DNA of 11,314 nt from Azolla caroliniana. Lineage: Eukaryota > Plantae > Polypodiophyta. This document shows, piece by piece, positions 1 through 7,150 of this stretch; within the stretch, counting starts at the first letter, position 1; each line of letters begins with the position of its first letter. The notes under the pieces were generated by a model. It was not told the DNA's origin. It made no database searches and worked only from the letters and a program-made list of their open reading frames with translations. A program made the position numbers and the translations under genes. The DNA is taken from the NCBI GenBank assembly GCA_043228905.1, contig JBHGNT010001166.1, positions 1 to 11,314 of the forward strand, in the 5' to 3' direction.

Positions 1-102
1 CGACTACCACGAAACGGCCCCCCCTGCATATGTCATGACATATCCGGATGTTGACCGGCTGGTATCCGCATCAGCCGACATATCCGAATCGGTGAAACCG
101 TA
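1..102 (-). pseudogene. RNase H N-terminal part (truncated by window edge)
   Basis: After a frameshift the minus strand reads YGFTDSDMSADADTSRSTSGYVMTYAGGAVSW*S, matching the copia RNase H pattern D-x-D...RSTSGY...GAVSWQS. Confidence 0.92.
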
Positions 103-109
103 AAGTGGG

Positions 110-1200
110 GTTTACCGGAGCTGAATCGGAGGCACATACTTGAGGTGCCTTTCAAGTACCGGAGTATCCACTTCACTGCGTTCTAGTGCTCTCTGTCGAG
201 ATTGCTCATGAACCGGCTCACCACTCCTACTGCGTATCCGATATCTGGTTGGGTACACACCATTGCGTACATTAAGCTCCCGACGGCACAGGCATATGGT
301 ATCTTCATTATATCCACCTTCTCTGCCTTCGTCTTTGGGCTTTGCTTACCGATAATCTGCAGTTTGCCAGGAGTGTCGATCCGACTAGTTTCGCATCCGA
401 CATGTTGAACCGCTGAAGCACCTTCATCACGTCCTTTTCTTGTGAAAACCACAATAGCTTCTTTGACCGGTCCCGGATGATGTGCATCCCCAATATCTGT
501 CTTGCCAGACCCAAGTCTTTCATTGAGAAAGTCCGGTTCAAGGCCTTCTTTAGCATCTGTATTTTGACTTGGTCTTGTCCGACGATCAACATATCATCCA
601 CATATAGGAGTATCAGGAAGTCTCCACTGTCAAATTTCTTCACAAACACGCAGTGATCGGCTTGCGTCTTGTGGTACCCTTGATCGGTCATGAAGGAGTC
701 AAACTTCTGGTCCCATTGCCGGGGAGCTTGCTTTAGTCCGTATAGGGTCTTCTTCAACCGGCAAACCAGATGCTCCTTCCCTTTCTTCACAAATCCTTCC
801 GGTTGCTGCATATAGATCTCTTCTTCGAGGTCGTTGTGAAGGAACGCCATCTTCACGTCTAGTTGCTCTACCTTGAGGTCCATGCTTGCCGCTATAATTA
901 GCACCGTCTGGATGGAAGTCATCTTCACTACCGGGGCAAATATCTCATCGAAGTCCACTCCCTTCTTCTACTGGAACCCCTTCACCACAATCCTAGCTTG
1001 GAACCTTGGGGGGTTGCCGGCATCTCCCGGTTTCAACTTGTACACCCACTTATTCTGGAGTGCCCGCTTTCCTTTCGGCAACTCCACCAGTTCATATGTG
1101 TGGTTCTCATGCAGGGAATCCATCTCGTCTTGCATGGCACTCAACCACTTGCCATTGTGGGTGTCCTCCTTTGCTTCTTTGAAGCTTTCCGGCTCCCCCT
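110..1200 (-). pseudogene. Reverse transcriptase (RVT_2 type)
   Basis: EPESFKEA, WLSAMQDEM, ARIVVKGF, QLDVKMAFL, LYGLKQAPRQW, LYVDDML, MKDLG, PYACAVGSLMY, TQPDI, VKWILRYLKGT. Confidence 0.97.
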
Positions 1201-1519
1201 CATCGGTTAGCACCACGCGCTCTTCATCTGAAAATCTCCGAGGGACCCTTCTCTCTCTTAGAGATATCTGCGTCCTTGGCTTTCGACAACCGGCTCCTCT
1301 GTTTGTTCTTCATCCGAATCTGATTCGGGGTCTTGGCCGGTTCCGGTTTCTACTTCTTCTTCTTCTTCGGTCGGTTCAGTTTCCTCTTCGTAATTGACCG
1401 GTTCTTCGAGTGCCAATCGGCTCTTAGTCGGGTAGGTTCGTATCTCATCGAACCGATAATTACCGGTCGACTCAGAGTTCATTATCTTTTTCTCCGACTC
1501 CCAGTCGGCAAGGGTCTTG

Positions 1520-2364
1520 TCCTCCATGAAGATAATATCTTGACTCCGGAAAACCTTCTTGTCGACCGGATCCCACACTCAGTAGCCGAACTCATCATTG
1601 CCGTATTCGAGGAATATGCAAGGCCGGGACTTTGGATCCAACTTTGCTCTCCGATCCTTTGCAACATGCACGTAAGCGAGACACCTGAACACCTTCAGAT
1701 GCCGGTAAGACACTTCCTTACTAGTCCACACTCTCTGCGGCATGTCTCCGTCCAAGGGCAGTGAGGGTGATTTGTTTATCACGTACGTCGTTGTCGCCAG
1801 CGCCTTAGCCCAAAACTTATTGGGTAACCTTGCATGTGCCAGCATACTTCGGACCCTCTCCATTATGGTCCGGTTCATCCTCTTGGCTAGCCCGTTTAGT
1901 TCTGACGTCTTCGGCATGGTAAATACGAGCCGGATTCCCTTCGAACGAAAGTACTCCTCAAACTGCCCCCGGTATTCGCCTCCGTTATCTGCTTGAACCG
2001 CCTTTAGCTTCCGGCCGATTTCTCTTTCCACTCTTGCGTGGAGCTCCTTGAAGGTGGATAACACCTGATCCTTCGTCTTCAATGGTGTGGCCCACAGCTT
2101 CCGGCTGTGATCGTCTATGAATGTCACGAAGTACTGCGATCCGGCATGTGACTTCGTGTCCACTTGACACACATCGGTATGCACCAGCTCCAATGGTGCA
2201 TTCCGTCTCATCGGCGGTCTTGACCGGAAGGAGGTGTGGGGTTGCTTGCCGGCCAAGCAATCGATGCACTTATCAAGTTGCACGTCCTTCACCGGAATGA
2301 GGTTGTCTACGGCAAGCCTCTTCATCCCCTTCTCACTCATGTGACACAGTCTTTTGTGCCACAG
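1520..2364 (-). pseudogene. Integrase (HHCC, DDE core, GKGY-type C-terminal region)
   Basis: LWHKRLCH...CIDC; LELVHTDVC; ADNGGEY; NGLAKRMNRT (the catalytic E is K here); KLDPKSRPCIFLEY...GY*VWDP. Confidence 0.95.
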
Positions 2365-2519
2365 CTCACCAGCAGTGTCAAATGCTACGTTCACTTCTCC
2401 TCGGCATATCCGGGCATTCATCAAGTACAATGTGTTGACCTTCTGGGCTCGAGCCACTATTAGGCTCCCTTTGCAGAACTTCATGACACTGTTCCGGATG
2501 CTACTTGTGTAGCGTTCAT

Positions 2520-2751
2520 CATCTAGTCGACCCGCTGATATCAACTTCAGTCGAACCTCCGGAACGTGTCGGACATCCTTCAACAACAACTTGCACCCGA
2601 TTGATGTCGTCAACAACACATCTCCTATGCCAATAATTCAGCATGTACCTTCATTCCCCATCCGGACACAGCCGTGCTCACCGGTTGTGTAGGATGAGAA
2701 GCATTTCCGGTCCGGGGTCAGGTGAAACGACACTTCGGAATCGAAAACCCA
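2520..2751 (-). pseudogene. Aspartic protease domain, degenerate
   Basis: WVFDSEVSFH (canonical W-x-x-DSGAS-x-H), VRMGN, IIGIGDV and LKDVRHVPEVRLKLIS. Stop at 2638-2640. Confidence 0.9.
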
Positions 2752-2931
2752 CGTTGTGTCGTCGACGGCAAGGTTCAACTCACTCTCCTTGGTGATGAGC
2801 ATTAGTTCTTCTTCACTTGCCGCGATCGCCGTCGTTCCCTTCCGATCCGAGCCTCGTCGATCTGAACCGTTTCGGTTCAGTGACTTCTTCGAATCGGTAT
2901 TGTCGGTTCCCTTGTCATTCCGAAAATGCCG

Positions 2932-3667
2932 ACAGTTCTTCTGGAAGTGCCTCGGCTTGCCGCAATAGAAGCAAGTGGGCCTCCCCCTTGACTTTCACCA
3001 TGTCCCTGACTTTTCCCGGTTCTGGTGACTCCGATTCCTTTGTCTTCCGCGTTCTGATTTGGTAAGGAGGGCTTTGGCGTCGGAGATCATCTCCTTGTCT
3101 TTCCAACGCGCCTCCTCATCTAGCAAGCTCGACTTGACTCTTGCTAGGGATAGTTGTTTTCCTTCCGGCCTGGCGTTGCCCAACGTGACAACTAACGTCT
3201 CCCAGCTATCCGGGAGGGAACCGAGCATGTGTAGAGCAAGTACCTCATTGGCGAGAGGTACTTCCAACGAGGTTGCTTGGTGTATCAACCCCTGGAAGGC
3301 ATTCATGTGCTCCGCCATACTAGAGCCGTCTTGGTACCGGAGCCTCACTAGCTTCCGAAATACCGAAACTTGATTAACTGCATTCTTGTTTTGGAACATA
3401 ATGTCGATCTTCTCCCAGAGTTCATGAGCCTTTGCTCTCTTCATTGAAGTTGTTGTACAGGCTGATGTCGATGAAGCACCGGATGTATGTTGTCGTCTTC
3501 ATGTGCATCACCTCCCACATCGTGGCGTCGATCTTATACGGTCTCTTGTCGCCGAACTGAATCGGCAACCAAAGATCTTTAACCACCAACATGTCCCTCA
3601 TCTTCGACTTCCACACTGAGTAGTTGGAGCTGGTGAGCTTGAACATGCCGCCGAAAGATTCTTTCAT
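2932..3667 (-). pseudogene. gag: Gag domain including CCHC zinc knuckle (2932-2973)
   Basis: Copia-type Gag (AHELWEKI..., MAEHMNAFQGLI, LPDSWETL). Reading through the stop at 2995-2997 gives CFYCGKPRHFQKNC = CX2CX4HX4C. Confidence 0.93.
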
Positions 3668-3681
3668 TTTCTGTGTTGTTT

Positions 3682-3693
3682 GCTCTAATACCA
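3682..3693 (-). promoter_or_regulatory. Primer-binding site complementary to initiator tRNA-Met
   Basis: Minus strand TGGTATTAGAGC versus canonical TGGTATCAGAGC (one C>T). It lies 3 nt after the LTR-terminal CA. Confidence 0.93.
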
Positions 3694-3986
3694 GTTTGAC
3701 GTGAAATATGCGGAATATTACTCAGCCACAACCGAGTCCCAAATCGTGTTGTTTAGAATCGAAACACCGAGAATGGGAATGGAGGGTAAATACACGTAAA
3801 TGCACACACACTGTAAACAAGAGAGTACACAAGATGTTAACGTGGAAAACTCTGAGAGGGAAAAACCACGGGAGCCCATAGACTCCAAACTATCACTATG
3901 TCAACGAATACAACAGGGGGCACAGAGGCAATGACCTCATGGTCACACTCTTCGCCTGACGGCGGTTACAACAGAGAATCACTCTG

Positions 3987-3988
<2 letters not shown>

Positions 3989-4020
<32 letters not shown>
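3989..4020. repeat. (TC)16 microsatellite inside the LTR
   Basis: Perfect dinucleotide run read directly. Confidence 0.98.
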
Positions 4021-4024
<4 letters not shown>

Positions 4025-4090
4025 CAACAGTTACAACAACAACGCAAAGAATGACCAACGCACCTATACTAAGTGTTTGCCCTAGATCAT

Positions 4091-4097
4091 ATTTATA
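4091..4097 (-). promoter_or_regulatory. LTR TATA box
   Basis: TATAAAT on the minus strand, ~155 nt into the LTR and downstream of the U3 repeats. Confidence 0.7.
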
Positions 4098-4135
4098 CTA
4101 ATATGACATTAGGACTATTTACCTATATGTCCCTT

Positions 4136-4232
4136 CATCCGGTGAGGGGTTCTCACTGGGCCTGCATCATCTGGTTCTCACCGGGTCTTCCTTGCCGGGT
4201 ACTCATCATCCGGTTCTCACGATCCCATCCGG
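4136..4232 (-). repeat. Short direct and inverted repeats in U3
   Basis: Plus strand: CATCATC(T/C)GGTTCTCAC at 4165-4181 and 4204-4220; GGTTCTCAC also at 4148-4156; CATCCGG at 4136, 4207 and 4226. Confidence 0.85.
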
Positions 4233-4513
4233 AGAGACCGAAATCCCAACAGAAAGTATAGCTAGAGCAAGGAGGGAGATGCTTGATTGGCCCTAAGTTA
4301 TGATAAAATTAAGCATTTAGTGGAGGTTCTCAACTTGGTCCTGTTTGTCTCCATTTTTATCTATTGTACAACGAACAACCTTTCAAACTATTGTAGCATC
4401 CATCTTTAGATTTTAGTCTAATTAATTTGACTTAGAGTGGAGTGGAGCAAGACCAAATTTATTATCTCAAACTTAAGAGTTTAGTTTGTGCTTGGTCCAA
4501 ATCAAAACTTCTT

Positions 4514-4598
4514 CTTCTTCTTTTTCCTAAACAAGATATCCTTCCATTAGTTTTAAAAAGCATATCATCTACAAAATAAAGTCCACTTATTTTATTGG
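4514..4598 (-). mobile_element. 85-bp insertion with 15-bp target-site duplication and A/AAG-rich tail (probable 5'-truncated non-LTR retroposition)
   Basis: AAATCAAAACTTCTT occurs at 4499-4513 and 4599-4613. The minus-strand 3' end is GGAAAAAAGAAGAAG. Removing the insert plus one copy restores RT-like IKEVLIWTKHKLNS/KFE. Confidence 0.7.
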
Positions 4599-4935
4599 AA
4601 ATCAAAACTTCTTTAATATTGGTCGTGATGAGATATTGTCTAAATACAATACATGGATCATTATCTTCCTACCTTCTATCTTGACATCAATTGCAACGTC
4701 TGCTGGGACATCTCCTAAGTGCTCCCACCATGAGGAATCCATCAATTCACTCGTATTAGGCCATTTTGTTGGCGTGAACCCCATATAAAACTTCTCGTAA
4801 CCTTAAAATCCATGTTTTTGAACCAAGTAGCTCCAAACCTAGTTGTTGCTCCATGAAAACCTCATCCTTGAGATAACATACAAAAAGGTAGAATTGACAT
4901 CCTTATAGTATGTCGGCGTATTCTACTTTGCAAAC

Positions 4936-5401
4936 TGTTAGGGGCATGACTATATAATATCCCGTGGTGAGAATTTACCGTAAGTATTCTATACACGTGG
5001 ATAAGTGTGAGGGTTAAACGAGAGTGTAAAGAAGGGGATGATTACTTTTAATCCTCGGGATTGAGACAACCCATTAGGCCAAGTGTGAACTTGCATGGGG
5101 GCCTTGGGTATCGCTATAAATATGAGGCCTAGCTACCCTCATTTCATCATATCTTGACTACGTTGAGACTTTGTTTCATGGTGGGTCAACTCTTGTAGCA
5201 AACGCGCTAGCACCAAGTACGACTCCACGCCATGGCTATGGTATGGGACGCCGATCGAGGCTCAAGTCCATCTCGATCCCTTCGCTCGAGGGTGGTCGGG
5301 TGGATCGACACCCTTCTTTCTCTCTCTCATTTCTCTCTCTCCTTTCTATCTATCTATCTTTTATCCTTATCATATGCTTACTTTAGATCATAACTCTAAC
5401 A
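4936..5401 (+). mobile_element. Solo LTR (466 bp) with 5-bp target-site duplication
   Basis: Starts TGTTAGGG and ends CTCTAACA (7/8 inverted match). CAAAC flanks both sides (4931-4935 and 5402-5406). There is no adjacent PBS or PPT. Excision restores the host RT frame. Orientation is inferred from TATAAAT at 5115-5121. Confidence 0.92.
5115..5121 (+). promoter_or_regulatory. TATA box of the solo LTR
   Basis: CTATAAATA ~180 nt into the LTR, followed by GAGG...CCTC and a pyrimidine-rich stretch. Confidence 0.6.
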
Positions 5402-5958
5402 CAAACACTATGAGGACTCTCTAGATTGTTTTTAGCATTGTTGTCGAAGTGAGGGATTCCTCAATGCTCAACTCTTATCTCTACAAATACCCTTCCTATA
5501 CAAGTGTCACCTTATATTTATCATATGATCTATCAACATTGTTATAGTATTGTTTTGATCACCTTTTGGTCTACTTGACCCACCAAGTGTTGAGTCTAGT
5601 TGTTGGAAATATTCTCTAGTTTGAACTCCATAGTTATCGGCTACCTTGGATCTTCCATTGACTTCTCCAAGGTGGTAGGCTCCTTTAAATTTTCAAGTAT
5701 GGCCATGCTTTTCTTAATGTTTATTGTCAGTTTAGTACAACTATTAGTACTGATTCTTCCTCATTTCACCACTTGTGAATGGACTGAACCTGTCCTGGCA
5801 ATAATATGTATGTATATGAATGCCTTCTGGGTAAAGATTGAGGCAAGAGACTCAAATATCTTGAAAAGGCCACAACTGTTTACTACAAAAGGTAAATTAG
5901 GGGTTCCCCTTAAAAAAGTGTTCCAATCAATGGAAAAAGATTTGAATGATTTCTTCAG

Positions 5959-5975
5959 TAAACCCTAAACCCTAA
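5959..5975 (+). repeat. Two plant telomere-type units (telo-box-like)
   Basis: TAAACCCTAAACCCTAA read directly. Confidence 0.6.
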
Positions 5976-6804
5976 TGGGATCTGGTCAAAGTTTTTTGCC
6001 AATTTCTTTAGTGATGAGGGGATTAAAACGACCCCCCACAATGTTTATTTGCAAATATAAAGATCAGTTATGGGGATCACATGTCATGACCAGTATCCAC
6101 AAAACAAAAAGCACATAAGTGCCTCAATTCTAATTGAAAAAAACCCGATATATGTGAGGTGTCGTTTAGAACATACCAAGCAATCCTTCCAAGAGAGAAT
6201 TGCCTAAAAAATTGTGAGAGGAAGAAATTAACACATCATCAAAGTTATTAGAGAAAGAACTTATGAGTAAATGTGGCTTAGTAATGGTTTTATCTTAAAT
6301 AGCGGCAGATAAATGTGTGCATATGTCTAGTCTAAACATGGGGTCCTTTCATACTGATTATGTATTTCATTCAATGTAACTCTATTCTTTGTGTGAAAGG
6401 CTCCTAGTCTCTACACCAATATATGTAAACTTGAAACCTTTAGTTGAATTAAATAAGATGTGAAGCAAAAGAAATTGGGAAGTGTGCAAAATCTTGCATT
6501 CCAATTTCATGAAATCATAAGTTATGATGAAGATCTAGCTACATTATTTTCACTTGTTTTCTCATTTTAAAGTTGTCTACGACATATAAGCTCTTGATTT
6601 AAACATAATAGACTACACTCTAAAGATTAAGTGGTCCATGCTATATTATCGTGACACTCTGTGTTTTAAGTGTTTAGGAATCAAGATGTCCCCCATAGCT
6701 TGTGCATATCGATGCGTTGTCATGGAGAATAGTGAATCGCCTTTTCCAACTAACATCTCGAAAAAAAGATGAATGTGAGTCAAAAAAGAAATCAACTAAA
6801 CTCG

Positions 6805-6880
6805 GAAAGACATACTATATGATTCACTTTGTTGCACTAATGAAAGATATATTATATGCTAGACATACTGTTGCACTAAA
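6805..6880. repeat. Degenerate two-copy tandem duplication (~37-39 bp)
   Basis: GAAAGACATACTATATG...TGTTGCACTAA is followed by GAAAGATATATTATATG...TGTTGCACTAA. Confidence 0.7.
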
Positions 6881-7135
6881 CATGTTCGTTTGCCTTCTAA
6901 TTCTTTACATGATATACCACAAAGAGGGGATGTTCATAATAGTTTGAAAGCTACTTTATATATTCCAGTATTATTAATGGTGACTGACCTTCTTGCAAAT
7001 ATTCTTTTGCGTACATTATTTCAGATAGCATTGAATCTGAATTGTTCGAGTTAGGACATCTTGTCCACATAAGAATCTCAATTGTAATCCATGATTCATT
7101 CCTTTGCATTATCATTGACATACTCGCCCTTAAAC

Positions 7136-7150
7136 ATTATTATTATTATT
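7136..7150. repeat. (ATT)5 microsatellite
   Basis: Read directly. Confidence 0.85.

Larger units (their letters stand above)
1..3667 (-). pseudogene. gag-pol: gag-pol polyprotein pseudogene
   Basis: ATG at 3667. The supplied ORFs 3422-3667, 2995-3444, 1579-2619, 1258-1578, 968-1216, 308-958 and 183-452 join into one polyprotein. Manual reading gives frameshifts near 3432 (+1), 1263 (-1), 349 (-1) and 107 (-1), and in-frame stops at 2995-2997, 2638-2640, 1579-1581, 968-970, 183-185 and 4-6. Confidence 0.96.
1..4251 (-). mobile_element. Ty1/copia LTR retrotransposon, Tork (Tto1/Tnt1-like) lineage, disabled; 3' end lies outside the window
   Basis: Minus-strand order LTR-PBS-gag-PR-INT-RT-RH is the copia order (integrase before RT). 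Gag N-terminus (MFKLTSSNYSVWKSKMRDML...LGSLPDSWETLVVTL), integrase (DNGGEYRGQFEEY) and GKGY-region (CIFLEYGNDEFGY) resemble Tto1-type proteins as I recall them. The lineage call needs an RT tree to confirm. Confidence 0.97.
3697..4251 (-). repeat. 5' LTR of the young copia element (555 bp)
   Basis: Minus strand begins TGTTGGG at 4251 and ends ...GTCA at 3697, next to the PBS. It contains a TATA box and U3 repeats, and composition changes sharply after 4251. The second LTR is not in the window, so the outer edge is inferred. Confidence 0.85.
4252..5870 (-). mobile_element. Ancient degenerate Ty1/copia pol relic (RT, possibly integrase C-terminus), interrupted by later insertions
   Basis: Manual minus-strand translation with insertions removed gives, in copia order: KEPTTLEKSMEDPR*..M (~5685-5630); DKYKVTLV*EGY (~5520-5490); KTI*RVLIVFA / YYKDVNSTFL (joined across the solo LTR); LKDEVFMEQ; RLREVLYG; VLYLDN (YVDD relic, ~4640); KFEIINLVLLH (FEMTDLGLLH-like, ~4475-4440). 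LFKIFESLASIF near 5870-5835 may be integrase. The right boundary is uncertain. Confidence 0.85.

Noticed and set aside
2995-2997. TGA as a programmed gag stop or readthrough site
   Set aside because: It lies upstream of the zinc knuckle and is one of many disabling lesions, so a post-insertion mutation is simpler.
202-3373. Plus-strand ORFs (202-408, 873-1397, 1333-1764, 1742-1996, 2236-2463, 2756-3065, 3059-3373) as antisense genes
   Set aside because: They are shadows of the GC-rich gag-pol frame and show no recognisable motifs.
3431-3433. Frameshift in gag as programmed ribosomal frameshifting
   Set aside because: It is early in Gag, has no slippery heptamer, and is explained by one extra A (ESKAHEL is restored on removal).
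4136-4232. Spaced repeats as a CRISPR-like array
   Set aside because: The repeats are short and irregularly spaced, lie in a eukaryotic LTR U3, and have no cas genes nearby.
4555-4584. LYFVDDML on the minus strand as the old element's YVDD motif
   Set aside because: It lies inside the 85-bp insert, and the collinear catalytic relic is VLYLDN near 4640. It is probably chance, though an RT-derived filler is not excluded.
4602-4784. ORF with SWWEHLG as a hAT dimerisation domain
   Set aside because: The region is better explained as frameshifted copia RT, given the collinear motifs on both sides.
5600-5968. 122-aa hydrophobic plus-strand ORF as an env-like or membrane protein
   Set aside because: It has a non-ATG start and is antisense to the old copia pol relic; the hydrophobicity follows from T-rich composition.
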